This document shows positions 1 to 13,123 of a stretch of DNA of 64,000 nt, one piece after another. Source of the DNA: Octopus vulgaris (Eukaryota). Under the pieces are notes generated by a model, which was not told where the DNA came from, ran no database searches, and was given only the letters and a program-made list of their open reading frames with translations. Where the stretch lies: the NCBI GenBank assembly GCA_951406725.2, contig OX597831.1, positions 83,142,001 to 83,206,000 on the forward strand, written 5' to 3'. The position numbers and the translations under genes were made by a program. How positions within the stretch are numbered: position 1 is the stretch's first letter; every line of letters begins with the position of its first letter.

Positions 1-1082
1 CCATTCAGCTGCGTTGATCCCTTCCTGTCTCATTGCACAGATCTTAGCCCTGACAATGCACCCTTCATGTTTAGCTTTGAGATGTTGGTCGAGTGCCAAC
101 CTCGCCGCTAACACTTTCGATGCACTGCCTGACCTCATTGCCTCATCTATTGCCTTAACTAGTTCCTTTTCTACTTTGTTTCTAGCACTAGCTAGTTCTT
201 TGCTAAACCTAAGTGACTCAAATTTGATGGCCCTTTTCAGGGCGTACCACCATTTGTTGTTGATAATGGATCCGGTTAACGCCCTCATTACTAATTGTCT
301 AATCCGCTTCCTGTAGGCTTCACAGTCCAATAGTGACTTGTTTAGCTTCCAGTAACCGGTACCTCGTCTACACATGCTATCTATGTTGAGCGAACAGGTC
401 ACTAATTTGTGATCACTGTAGCTGATGATATGGTGTTGTGGACAGCTAAGTATTTTCTTATCTTTCCTTCTAGTAATGATTCTATCTATATAAGATCTGG
501 ACGACCCGTCGTTTCTTGCCCAGGTCCACGCTGGAACGTCTGGGTGGTCCAGTCTGAATCAATCTGCCAACTCGAAACGACTTAGCAGATCATTGAGGTA
601 AGGTAAACCCCTCCTATTCTTTCTTGAGCCAACATAATCTACGCGTGCATCATGTTGAAGTCACCTAGCAATACTAACGTGTTCCACGTGCCGAGAAAAT
701 TCTCTAGGCTTTTGAAGTAATCTTTCTGCCCGGCTTTTCCTTCGCAGAGAGCATAGACAGCGACCAGCCTGAACACTTTACCACTGCTGTGCGTCATATC
801 CAGAATGACCAACCTGCCTTCCAGATTTATAAAGACAGTTCTAATCTCTAAATCCAGGTTTTTTCTGACCCGCACTGCCACTCCTCCGCTCCCTCCCGGT
901 CGACAGGGAAAAACGTATTTCTCATAGCCGTTTAGAAGGGGTGAAAAAGCCTGCAGCCCACTAAGTCTGGATTCGGTAATTACAACTATATCCAAACGAT
1001 GCGACCCAAGGTCATTAAGGAGGTAGCCTTGCTTCCAATACGACCCAAGGCCGCGAATATTTAAACAACCGAGTTTAAACAA
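1..1082 (-). pseudogene. Tx1 ORF2 APE endonuclease domain, with in-frame stops
   Basis: ORF 639-1082 plus continuation containing TW, IDRI, SDH and WKLN motifs. Confidence 0.88.
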
Positions 1083-1099
1083 GAATGAGAAAAATAAGT

Positions 1100-2440
1100 C
1101 GAATGTTTAAAACTTACTGTTTTAACAGAAGAGAGGGTGTAGTTTCACCCTCCTCTTTTCTGTCTGTGAGTGTTGTGGTTTGTGAGGTCATAATTTTCGC
1201 GAATTGCCTGTACAGATGGCTCGAAAAGTTCATCTGTATCAGGCCGACGTACTCTGCAAAAGATTTTTTTAGTTCGAAATAGTCTGTGTTGTCTATAGTA
1301 TAAAACTCGACATTTTCAAGATTAATACTATTTACGTCTGTTGCGATATATTTTTCACTGATTTCATTAAACCAATTAGGTCACTTAATAGTTTATTATT
1401 TTTGTTTATCGCCGTGAAGGTGTTTCTCTTTTTTATATTAAGCGATTGTGGAGGGGTGTGTGTGTGTGCTTGTAGAAGCGTGGGTGTTTGTAGGTGTGTG
1501 TGTGCTTGTGGTAGGTGTCTGTGTGTTTATGTGTGCTTTTTCCAGTGTGTGTTTTTTGGCTACATGTGTGTTTGCGGCTGTATTTGTGGGTGTGGGTGTG
1601 CTTGGCTCTCTCGGAGCATAGTCCTGTGTATCCGAAGAGGGTAGGTTTTTTCGTTTCCGTCTTCTTTTTGAAGGTTCTACGGTGACCCACTCTTGGTTGT
1701 TGTTGTTGTTTTCTCCCGCTGTCGGCTGTACTTCGGCAATTGGTGTGCACGACGTGGCTGCTATTTCTAGTGGTGTGGTCGTTGTCTTCGGCATTGTGCA
1801 TGCCTCTTCTGCTGCGTTTTCTTTGGCTGTCTTCTTACAGCTCGACCTTATGTGGCCTTTCTCGTCACATTTGTAACACCTGGGCTTTCTCCCCTCGACT
1901 ACCTTGTCCAATCTAGTTCATGTGGTGGTATCTCTTAGTTTGAAGAATTGTAATTTCTTCCTCTTTGCCTATGAGAATAGCGGCTACCACCCAGGCCACG
2001 TCTATTTCGGGTGGTATATCAGTGACCGTGACTTTTGAAGTTCTCCTTCCTAAGTAAGTCAGCAGGAGAACTACTTCTTCCGACTTCAATATCATTGTTG
2101 AATGTTCCCTAGCTTTTTCTTCGATAGGGAAACGCACCTCTACAGTGCCAAAGCGACTACACCTCGTAATATAGCTTGTTTGTTGCCATATCGGCCTCAA
2201 GCATTTTCTATCGCTTCTGTCGGTACGAAGTCAATTTTTAAAATTTTTTACATGGTATGTTTTATATATCACAGTTTTTCTCTCCGTCATGTAAACTAAT
2301 TCACTGGGAGGGAGCAACTTCACATTATCACCTTCTTTTCTGAGTAGTCCTTGGAATTTCTTTAAATCTTCCTTGTTTATAATGATGTTTTCACAGGGGT
2401 GATTTTTCCTCTTGTTTAGCCTCGCCACACATCTTGTCAT
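1100..2440 (-). pseudogene. Tx1 ORF1 (gag-like, zinc knuckle at ~1837-1878), disrupted
   Basis: Consecutive minus ORFs 2231-2440, 1913-2200 and 1438-1911 with CX2CX4HX4C, then a Thr/Pro-rich linker. Confidence 0.8.
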
Positions 2441-2718
2441 CTGCGTTTGTAACGAGCGCGTGCGACGCCTCTATACTTTTACCTTTCCTCTCCCACATAT
2501 TCGCCTTTATGCCTTCACACAAAGTTTCAAACTTTTTCTCCCGACTTGGAAGAAATTGGTGGCAAATTCATGTTTTTCGCCGCTTCCCCCTTGAAACAAA
2601 CAGCAAAACTCAGCTGCAACAGCAGAAAAGAAAGGGTCTCAACAACCAAAACAGCAAATTTTCACAATTTTCAGCACAAAAACAATATTTCACTGCGGAG
2701 TAAAGAATAACATGACTG

Positions 2719-2721
<3 letters not shown>

Positions 2722-2758
<37 letters not shown>
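2722..2758. repeat. (GA)n/(TC)n microsatellite at the 5' junction of the Tx1 element
   Basis: Direct reading. Confidence 0.95.
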
Positions 2759-2761
<3 letters not shown>

Positions 2762-4090
2762 GAACAAACTGAAGTGACAGAAGGGAACTTTAAGCCTCAT
2801 TGAAGACAATGTTTTTAGCGCTGGAAAAACAGTGCAAGTTGTAAAGCTGTTGGTGACAGGTCGGGCGTCCAAACGAAATACATCCCACATACAAGAGCAA
2901 TAAAGATGGCCAGTTTTTAGTCTGATATTGTGTCTAGCAAAAAGATGAGAGTTGCAATGATCCCTATCAGAATTTGAACTGGAAACAAAGAAAACAAAAC
3001 TCTGCAACACATTCAATCCCTGGCGTTACCATTTCTGCTCACTCCCTATAATTCCTAGAACAATTACAAGAAGCTTTTACATTGGCCAGAAATGTTTAAG
3101 AAGCAAAGTATAGTTGATTTGATCAATTCTACAGAGAGGGGGTTGTTTATCTGACACCCTAACTGCTCCTACACCCATCTAACAACAACAACTGCAGCAA
3201 CATCATCATCAGCAGCAGCAGCATGAAAGATCTAAGAAGAAAAGATGGACGTGAAATTCATTATAATTGTATGACTTACAGTTGCCTAATTTCAGTTCCA
3301 GGATGGAAAGGTGTTTGGAAAATTTGTAAATAATTTTACAAACAGGATGTAAAATGACATTTTGTTAATTAATATCAAGTGCAGAATTAATTTGGTAAAT
3401 GATTAAACTATTTCTTTGACAGTTATAATTTTTTTCTAATGTTCACTGTTAATTAAGAGAACCAAATTGTTAATGAATTTTTATAACATCTGTTTTACAT
3501 TATGGACGTACCTCCACTTATCTGTTTAAATAAGGAATTGTGTTTACTTCTGGTAATTACTGCAAGCTGTAGTGCTTTGGACATCACCCTCATGGCTTAA
3601 TATATCAGTCACCATTCATTGGCCAAGGCACTGTATTAATTATTGGCAGTAGGATGCAATTTTATATAACAGCTCCAGAAGCTTTCAGAACTGAGTCTAA
3701 ATCTTGCCTGGAATAGAATGGTATTTCTGAGTCCTGTTAGCCCCACTCTTCACAAGCGAACAAGCCTTGTAGTGTAGGAAGCCTCTGAGAAACAGATAAG
3801 AGAGGTATTTGTGGTGGAAACATTCCACTCAAATTATGACCAATCCTTCTTCATCATCAACATCCCACAATTAGATGACAACAAATACAAGACATAATCA
3901 ACTGCTGATATCTACAGCTTCTCCCAGGTAAACCCTATTTACTTCTATTCCCCGCTCTTTAATGTGACCCCTACTTTACCATGGCACTAAACTCAAACAC
4001 TACAAGTTATTTCAATAAAAAAATTATACTTTTTCTAAGTACTTTCCAGTATTTACTTTCAATACCATATGCTGTTTTAAGTTTGAATCC

Positions 4091-4560
4091 TGCCAGAGAG
4101 GTAAACGACTAGAATCCTTCGATCACCTCTGTCTACGCTGCATTCTTCATGTCCGATGGCATCACTTTGTCTGCAACAATTCGGTGCAACACCAGTGTAA
4201 AATCACTTCCCTCCGACAAGTCATCCTAACGAGACGTCTGCATTGGCTGGGTCATGCCCTCCATTGTCAACCAGGAGAATTCATCTATGAAGCAATTGCC
4301 CCAGCTTCCCCTCAGGGTTGGCGAAAATGATGTGGAAGACAATAAAAAACCTGGCTGATGACAGTCAAGGCTGATCTGGAACCCAACCTAGGCACCCATG
4401 TCTACGGCATTCGTCACTGGAATAGGAATTGGTTGGAGATCACACGGTCGTTAGCCTCAAATTGCCAGGCCTGGTCTATGTTTGTGAGAGATGCAGCATT
4501 GAGGATGAATGAAGCCAGCTCAACCCACCCCGGGTGAATGCTGTCTCAAGACAAGAAGAA
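4091..4560 (+). mobile_element. RTE-clade LINE 3' fragment
   Basis: Manual translation LESFDHLCLRCILHVRW...RRLHWLGHAL...GRQ*KTWLMTVKADL...AWSMFVRD; ends in a short CAAG-type tail. Confidence 0.8.
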
Positions 4561-4951
4561 CACAGAGCGATGAAAAAAATTATTCCTAATATTTAACTGC
4601 AAGGACCCACATAAACATTTCTATTGTTAAATCCATTCCTCGTTAAGGTTCATTAATCATAAAGTATTAGACTGATCTTTCCTCTCATTATCTTCATGAA
4701 ATAGGATATTTTTCTTAAAAGCAAATAGACTCTTTGAAATATCAAAAGAAACCATTATGAGCCACCAATATTGCCAAAATCACAACAAAGACTCATCTTT
4801 TTTTTGTTACCAACCAATGTTGGAATGAGAAATAAGAAACAAGTCTTTAAGGAGATTAAATGAACATTCATTTGGAACAAAACCAAATTGGCTGACCATA
4901 TTAAGGCATTACATGATATTGTAGCACCATGGTAGAATACAGAAATGTTTG

Positions 4952-4994
<43 letters not shown>

Positions 4995-4996
4995 TA

Positions 4997-5233
4997 ATCA
5001 AGAGCACAGTTATAGAGGTGGTACATAACACAATATAGCACTATATAGTTGTACATATTACACCCAACATAGGTGGTTTGGGTGGTTTATAACAGATGAG
5101 AGTAATATAGTTGGAATATAATACTTAACAGAGCAATATCATGTGGAATCGATGCTAGACAGGTCGAAACAATTGTAGTGATCAATAAACATTCTCATAT
5201 CTTTCATCTTCCATCTCTCTCTCATTAATCAAA
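4997..5233 (+). mobile_element. Probable Penelope-like pLTR remnant between two (TA)n tracts
   Basis: Contains cGAAAC-AATT-GTA (5165-5177) followed by AATAAA; upstream cagatga plus a hairpin is only a degenerate core. Confidence 0.35.
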
Positions 5234-5376
5234 TATATATATATATATACTGGGCGCAGCACTAAGCAGTGATGTATATAAATACAAACGTGTCAATTCA
5301 TATATGCTTGAGGCATATTTGAACCCATATGAAATCCATTACCTGCATACCTCAGGCATGTTTGAACTGGTAATAA

Positions 5377-5436
<60 letters not shown>

Positions 5437-6999
5437 CACACAGCAGTAATTACAAAAGCTTTACAAACTTCAGTTAAAACTAAGGGCAATTGCTTAACCT
5501 TCCCAAAATATCAACCAAATCTTCCTCAAATTACACTCTACCATCTTAAAAACAGAAAGACATGGGATAATGTATTCCTAGATATACTTATGCCTGAATT
5601 AAAGGTAGGATGGTCTCAAACAGAGTTGACCTGATGGCTAAACTATTGTTGCTAATAAGAATTCCATTTAATTGTTTTTCCATAAAACAATTTTACTGGA
5701 GAAAATAACGACCAATTAAATTAAGTCTTTTCATCAACAAACCTCCCACCACCACCAACTAGTCTTTTCTCTCGGATTCACATTTTATGTCAGACAAATT
5801 GCAATCATTTGTTATAAATTTTTTCTGTTTTCTGTTGAATAAACTGAGAGCTGTACGGCCAGTTGAGATAAACCATCATCATCATCACCAACAACAATAA
5901 TGGGTGATTATCTCAATGATCATGATAAAGCAAGGAAGAGAACACTTATTTTGAAAGCAGGATACATAACTGTGAGGCAAATTGGTGGCATTACAGGGAA
6001 ATAATATAGAATCACTGGAATAGAGTACAATTTTATCCCCAATAATCCATTGAGATATTGATGTCAAATTGAAAGGAATCAATAGAGCCAATGTCAAATC
6101 TAGTTTACAGAAATCCACATCAAAAGAGATGGTCATTTTAAACTGAAGTGGAAAGTAAACCAGATGAAATACAGCGAAATATTCACAACTTGATAATAAT
6201 TGCTACCTTTAACTTCTGCCCCTCTGGAAGTATTCCTTCAACTTATTGAAGCTGCAGATACTTTTCCTGAGATCAAGAAACCAGATTGGAATATGATCTC
6301 CAATATGTATTGATCAACCCACAAATGTTTGATCAGTTACCTCCATGCCTTGTGTCTACTCCAGCAAATTTAGCTGGGGTCATCCCACCACACCTCCATT
6401 CCTATTTCGGCATTAACCTATGCTTGTTGTTTTCAAACAATGTCAAGTGTTCACAGCCATCTCTTCAACACTTCAGCTGTAATATATTTCTCTTAAAAAT
6501 TTCTTCTTGGGCAAATTGCTAAGGCAATCACAATATTGGACTTTGGATGAAATCTGAAGCTGAAATCAAGAGGATGACACAAAAGGAGGAAAGGTCTGAA
6601 TAAAGAGAGACTGATGTATTGTTTCATATTCCATTTCATATTTCACGATCAGGCAAAGAAGAAAACATCAAATAGAGCGGGCATGGTTAGCCAAAAACAT
6701 CCAGGAGTTTGGGGTACAAGGACACTCCATTTGTTATGCCAAACTGAGGGCAGTGTCTTAGAATGGCCACAACTCAAAGGCTGAAACCAGTAAAGAGTTT
6801 AAATGATTGAAAGAATTTATCAAAATAATTATCGTATTAAACTGGGCAGGGGAAACCCCAGTAAAAATAATCAAGTGCTCAACTAAAGATATTCATTCAG
6901 GGTCTATGTTGTCCCTATTACATCTTTAATGATAATTTATCAAGAAGAATTAGGAAGTAAAATTTTGCAGAAAACAAATGTACTTTTGTACTAATTGAA

Positions 7000-7380
7000 T
7001 GTACTAATTGAATCAACGAATGTTTTGATTTGAGAGAGCCAGACCAGTTGTGGAGGTCATGGCTGGGTGCAAAACTGGGAATAGAGTGATCTAATTGACA
7101 TTGTTCTTGAATAGTTACAAGTTGGTAGCTGAAAGAGGGATAAAAAAAGGGGGTCAGAGAAAGACTTCCAGTGGGATGAAGTTCTGAAGAGGAAAGCTTG
7201 GATGTAGTGGTTAGTACAGGGAGTAGTGATGAGAGTGTGTGAGAAGGGCCTGAGTATAAGTGATTCAAGATGAAGCAACTCTGAGAAACAGAGGCCAGTA
7301 TAGTAGCAGTAAGAAAAAAAAAAAGAGTAGACAGTGTGTACAAGATTGGGCAGGGGTCTGGGTGGGTCAGTGGTCAATCT
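7000..7380 (-). mobile_element. Decayed LINE C-terminal remnant (CR1/Jockey-group)
   Basis: Minus translation YSFFFSYCYYTGLCFSEL resembles the SLFYRYYxGxCSSEL motif also seen at 43690-43950. Confidence 0.4.
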
Positions 7381-7747
7381 CTCTCAGATGGCTTTTTTTT
7401 TCACTTTAAGGTATTTCTATGTGGTAAATACAATAATGTGTAACCACGAATGTGTTTAAACGAGAGAAACCAGTACATTTAACACATCAGGGCTTGAACT
7501 TGGAATGTAAGCTGTTAAATAATCTCAGTTAATCCAAAGCTTGGTTATTGACACTCATCTACCATTTCTAGTATTGTTGTGGCTAAAGATTGTACAAGGA
7601 ACAAAACTGAGGAGAATAACTCATGAGAATTACAAATCATCATCATCATCATCACCTCAGGCTGAGTGAATATACATACATATGTAAAGACATACATACT
7701 AGTTCTGTGAGCTGGTGAGTGGTAACATTGGTGAGAAAGAGCACGAG

Positions 7748-7789
<42 letters not shown>

Positions 7790-7821
7790 CACACACATTT
7801 TGGGTGGGTGAGGGCTAAGGC

Positions 7822-7979
7822 TACCATTGGTTTCATGTTAATGGAAGTCCTTCAACAATTATCTAACCTATCGCATGGAATATTGGTGTTAATCTCCAAT
7901 TTGGAAGACAAACTCTGATGTTCCATGTGACAGGCTTCATAAATGTTGAGGAATTTCCCTTAGCATGAAACCAATGGTA
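7822..7979. repeat. Imperfect 158-bp palindrome centred at 7900
   Basis: TACCATTGGTTTCATGTTAATGGAAGTCCTTCAACA pairs with TGTTGAGGAATTTCCCTTAGCATGAAACCAATGGTA; pairing continues inward to TCCAA-T-TTGGA. Confidence 0.8.
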
Positions 7980-8850
7980 TCCATAAATAGACATTGTTCA
8001 ATATCAACATACCCACACAACACAGATACCTCTCAGAGTATATTCCAATTAGTCTTAACAATGTATTTTTCACCAAAAATGCTCAACAAATATTCACATA
8101 TAATTATGAGTATATGGAGCTATGACACCCCAAGGAGAAAACATAGGCAGAAACAGTTAACCTTTAATACACCACATAGAAGAAATATGGGTAGGCTTAT
8201 TTCATAGCAAGCCTTTCACTAATAAAAGTTCTGTCTCTCGGCAGGAAGTGGAAAAGACAGAATCTCCAAAAAGAGCCACAACAAATTTCTTTGTCTTTAA
8301 CTGATTTCTATAAAAGAATTTTTTAGTTTCATCGATATTCCCAAGAATTCAGTCTCTCTTCTCTTTCCCCCACACACTCCTACGCACCAACTCAGATATT
8401 TTCCATAGTGAACATCCACAATAACCATCATCAACAAACTCCCATTCTAACGAGGACTATCATGACTGTCTAGAATGTTCTCTCTTCTAACAGAATACCC
8501 TAACTGCCCCAAATTCCAGTCCATTCTCACTCACATTTCTTCTCCTGAGAAGGAGTTCTTCACTGCTAAAAGCTTTCCAGGGTCTAGAGCTACACCTCAC
8601 AGATCTGAGAAATAAAGTAAAGCTTTCTGCAAGATATCTTAAACAATATTTGGCACCCACATTTCTACAACAAGCAAACGTTAGAATTCCAAAATTCTTT
8701 CTCATCCAAGATAACATAAGAAAAAGAAAAAGAAAAGAAATTCATGAATGGAAGAGAATAAGAAGAATATTTAAAAAAAAAAAAATAGCAAGAATAAAAT
8801 TTTAGTTTGGTTTGAGGGAGTTTTTGGCAAGAAATGGCTTGGGTCACTCA

Positions 8851-8974
8851 GATGATGATGATGTCAATGATGATGATGATGAAGATGATGATGATGATGA
8901 TGATGATGACGATGATGATGATGACGACAATGATGATGATGATGATGAAGACGACGATGATGACGATGGTGATG
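8851..8974. repeat. (GAT/GAC)n trinucleotide microsatellite
   Basis: Direct reading. Confidence 0.95.
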
Positions 8975-9628
8975 CCACACTATCCCACTGCTTCTCTGAG
9001 TATCGATCAAACAGACACACACACACACAATAAAAAGGCAACTGGTAGAGTTTTGGTCGTCATCAGATTAATGAAGCAATTGTTTTGTGAACAGTGGAGC
9101 AAGTATTGAAGGTAAACATCAAATTGAGTATTGTTGTTGTTGCTGTTGTTGTTGTAGTCTGGTCTTGTGTATGGAAGGACTGAAAGGCCATGATGACATG
9201 GAACAATGAAATAACAAGCAATACAACAAGCTGACTCCAATAAAAACACAATTAAAAAAACAAAGAAAACTAAAAGAAAACAACTAGTTTCATTGAAATT
9301 GTTGTTATGCAGCCAAAACGTTATTTTTCCAAAGTGATGAGGCTGCTTCTTTCACCAAAACGTGGATATGGGTTCAATTCCTGTCTGTTACACGTTCACT
9401 TGAGTGAAATATTCAGGAAAAAACAAAAAAATATCAGCTGTTGGAAACTGGCCTCACCAGTTGCTTACACTTTGTAGTAGTAGTAGTAGTAGTAGTAGGA
9501 GGAGGAGGAGGAAATGGTGGTTGTGGTGGCAGTGCACTCTGCCTGTAACTGTTTTCAGATTTGAATTAAAAGGCAATGACTCTAATGAATGCTGTAGATA
9601 TAGAAGTTTGAGTGATAAGAAAGGATAT

Positions 9629-10112
9629 TCATCATCATCATCGTCATTGTCGTTTAATGTCCACTTTCCATGCTGGCATGGGTTGGATGGTTTGACTGAG
9701 GGCTGGTGAGCCAGGAGGCTGCACCAGGCTCCAATCCAATCTGGCAATGTTTCTATAGCTGGATGCCCTTCCTAATGCCAACCACTCCAAGAGCGTAGTG
9801 GGTGCTTTTTACATGTCACCGGCACAAGGGCCAGTCAGGTGGTACTGGCAACAACCACGCTTGAATGGTGCTTTTTATGTGCCACCGGCACAAGGGCCAG
9901 TCAGGTGGTACTGGCAATGACCATGCTTGAATGCTGCTTTTTACGTGCCACCGGCACAAGGGCCAGTCAGGTGGTACTGGCAACGACCACGCTTGAATGG
10001 TGCTTTTTATGTGCCACCGGCACAAGGGCCAGTCAGGTGGTACTGGCAATGACCACGCTTGAATGGTGCTTTTTATGTGCCACTGGCATGAGACCAGTCA
10101 GGTGGCACTAGC
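9629..10112 (-). mobile_element. RTE-3'UTR-derived element with (GAT)n tail, carrying a 66-bp tandem array
   Basis: Shares CCATGCT..CATGGGTTGGA and GGATGCCCTTCCTAA blocks with the copies at 19428-20204 and 49325-49608; about 4.5 copies of a 66-bp unit at 9813-10110. Confidence 0.85.
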
Positions 10113-11229
10113 ATATGTAAGGGGGATGCCACTCAGAAATGAGTGATGTTCAGAGATATACAATGATGAGTGGTTAGGGTTATGTCACATAGACAGATGC
10201 ATTGTGTGAGAGAGGAAAAGAGAAAGGTAGATAGATTGAAAGACAGATAATTAGATAGAATAATAGGAGAAGGAGAGAGAGAGAGAGAGAGAGACTGGGA
10301 GAGACAGAGCTCAGAAATCCAAACTCCATTACAATAAGTGCATTGGAAAAGAGAAAGAAAATAATAGTTTAACGATGTCTGATAAGTGATGCAAGATTTC
10401 TAAATTAGACATTTTCATGTGAGAGGTAGTGAAAGGTGTTACTAATTACCCTTTTGATTCCAATCTACCTGAGACCACCCTCAGTCCTACTGGTTTCTAA
10501 TTTTAAGTGATTTACATTGAAACCCTTTTCCGTCAAAACTTCATGGGAATTTATGAGCCAAACAGCAGATTAATCAATGACAAAGTTATCTTATGAAATT
10601 CCTCTTTTAATTGGAACAAAGGCAGAGTGTTTCAGTGGAAATTCCGTCGGAAAAAGGATTAAGGCTTTGTGGGAAGGTGGTGGGGGAAATCAGTTTTGTG
10701 AAAATGGATCTGGTTAGCCTAAAGTATTCTTTCAACCAAGAACAAAAAGTCTTCCTTTAATTATGCTTTCAAGACAAATGTATAAGTTTTGTCGAAGGTT
10801 GAAGGGATAACGACCATGATGAAATATCAGTCCCCTTCAAACTGGTGGCATCAATGAGGTTAATGTTCTTGTTGTTGTTATTTAGCCACAGGTCAACTCT
10901 GATCCAGAAGACTTAGAGCCAATGACCTTCCAGTTGTGACCAGCCTGTCTTAATCAGACATGAATTTAGCAGTGCACTTACCAGTCTTTTATTTAATTTT
11001 TAAAATAAGCTGAAATTTGAGGGTAATTTAGCTGCTATTCTTAGCAGGGTGAGCAGAAAATTTCAGAGAATTTTAGATGAACTAAGTGTAGTATAAGATA
11101 CAGTAGGGATGAAAGGAAGTGGTCAACTAGGAGGCCATGGGTAGAGACGCTACACAATTTGTAAGTTTAGAGGAAAGGGGGTTGTTTTAGTTGCTATAAT
11201 CAGACTCCACACAAGCGAGGAACATGGAT

Positions 11230-11330
11230 AGAAATTCTTCTGGAAAAATGAAACATGTACATCATTGGCAGAGAAATGGGTCAATAAGATGATTGAGGTA
11301 ATCAGAGTAGGTGACTAAATAATTAAGTTT
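11230..11330 (+). mobile_element. RTE endonuclease remnant
   Basis: Manual translation KFFWK...LAEKWVNKMIEVIRVGD*II, resembling RTE APE N-terminal segments. Confidence 0.5.
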
Positions 11331-11473
11331 TCACTAATTATAGACAACACAACAACAAATTAACGCTAAAATAAGGACTGACAGATCAATAAATGGACCA
11401 TTTTTTTGAAGGGTCTCTTGTAGAGTATTTTGATAACTGTATTTGTCATCACAGCTGATTACTTGAAAAGATA

Positions 11474-11715
11474 AGATAATGCTACATGGCAGTGAAACGT
11501 GGGCCGTGACTGCTGAGGACATGTGTAAGCTTGCAAGGAATGAAGCCAGTATGATCCGATGGATGTGTAATGTCAGTGTGCATACTCGACGGAGTGTAAG
11601 TACCTTGAGAGAAAAGTTGGATCTAAGAAGCATCAGATGTGGTGTGCAAGAGAGACGACATGACTGTGCTGGTATGGTCCTGTGGCGAGAATGGATGAGG
11701 ACAGCCACTCTGGTG
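11474..11715 (+). mobile_element. RTE LINE post-RT fragment
   Basis: ORF MLHGSETWAV...EASMIRWMCNVS...LREKL...QERR. Confidence 0.85.
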
Positions 11716-12525
11716 TACATGGAAGTAATAAATATGGTAAATGAAAAGGAAGCAAGACTCTTGGAGATAAGCAGCCAGTCAACCAGAAATCCAGACATCT
11801 GATCTCCTACCAATCATTAATCAAGGGGACTTCATACACACCAGGAAATGGAATAACAGAAGGTAGGAACTCCTGACCTAAACTCTTATTACACAAGAGA
11901 TGCAACAGGAGCACGGTGAAACTGACAGAGAAGAAGGACGTCATGGGAAAGAGATGCACAGGGGATGTTGCATAGGAGAAGATACAAAGTAAATTCTTTC
12001 AACTGCTTGGAGGGATCCCTAGAAGTTGTTGACAGAGGGATCCCATTACCTAGGTAACCAAATCAGCAGTGGAGGATGGAGTTCTGAAACCATGGTAACC
12101 AAAGAGAGAAGTACATAGATAAAGGTCAGGGAGCCGACACCAAAGACATTTCCATAGTGAGTGAAGGGCAGACTGTATGAGGCAGTTGTATAAGGAATGC
12201 AATGATGCATGGCAGCAAAACATGAGCATTAGATGCAGGGAAGAAATGAGGCAAGCATGCCCTGCTGGTTGAATGATGTAAAGGTAAATAAATGAGCAGA
12301 GATAGGTGAAGAGAAGACTACATTAGTACAGGTATGTAATTGTGAGATAGGGATTGGAGAAAGAAGCCCCAAGTGATGTAAATAGTTAGAATCTACAATA
12401 AGAGGATGACCAACATTCTTCAAGAGAATTCAAAAAGTGGCTGGAAGCTGCATTGGAAAAGTTCTTTCTAATGCAAATACAGGAAAACAGGTGATAAATA
12501 ATGATATACATCGGTGTGTACATAT

Positions 12526-12740
12526 CATCATCATCATCATCGTTTAACGTCCGTGTTCCATGCTAGAATGGGTGGGACAGTACCACAAGAGCCTGCCAGG
12601 CCGAAGCCTGCACCAGACTTCTGTGACTGTTTTGGCAGGATTTTTACAGTTGGATGCCGTTCCTAACACCAACCACTCAGCAGAGTGGATTGGGTGCTTT
12701 TAAGTGGCACCTGCACTGAGAGGGTCACCAAGTACTTACA
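12526..12740 (-). mobile_element. RTE-3'UTR-derived (GAT)n-tailed element
   Basis: CATCATCGTTTAACGTCCG..CCATGCTAG..GGATGCC..CCAACCACTC family signature. Confidence 0.8.
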
Positions 12741-13091
12741 ATGCAAAAACTTTGAAGAGGGGAGGAGGCATTAATGATGAAAAGGTTATAGTGAGACAGA
12801 TACAGGTGTCTTGCTGTAGAGGAAGTACAAGGTTACCTGGCCGGAGAGAGAAAGATCAGAAATGAAGACAGAAACAGGTGTGCTACAGCAAAGAAAATGC
12901 ACAATGCCCTACCTGAGGGAAGTGCAGGGGAAGAGAGAGGGGGAGGGAGAGGGAAAGAGTGGGGAGACAGAGTGGGAGAGCGCAGGATGGAGATGGTGGC
13001 AAAATGCCAGGCATGCTAACAAGGAACAGGGATCAGAGTATAAATGAGATGGTTGAGTAAAGGAAGAGAGAGAGATATAGATAGTGGCAAG

Positions 13092-13123
<32 letters not shown>

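Larger units (their letters stand above)
1..2720 (-). mobile_element. Tx1/L1-clade non-LTR retrotransposon, 5' part (5'UTR, ORF1, ORF2 endonuclease); continues off the left edge
   Basis: ORF1 pieces with a CCHC knuckle (CYKCDEKGHIRSSC). ORF2 starts GCLNIRGL, then ITES, GVA, LGDFN; manual read-through gives YIDRI, YSDH and GYWKLN, typical of L1/Tx1 APE. Several stops present. Confidence 0.9.

Noticed and set aside
8494-8790. Open frame after TTCTCTCTTCTAACAG
   Set aside because: No recognisable domain and no donor; runs into A-rich low complexity
8812-9109. Poly-Asp, poly-Met and poly-Ser ORFs
   Set aside because: (GAT)n microsatellite with no splice or domain support
9813-10110. CRISPR-like regular repeats
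   Set aside because: Units are contiguous with no unique spacers, there are no cas genes, and the context is a eukaryotic retroelement
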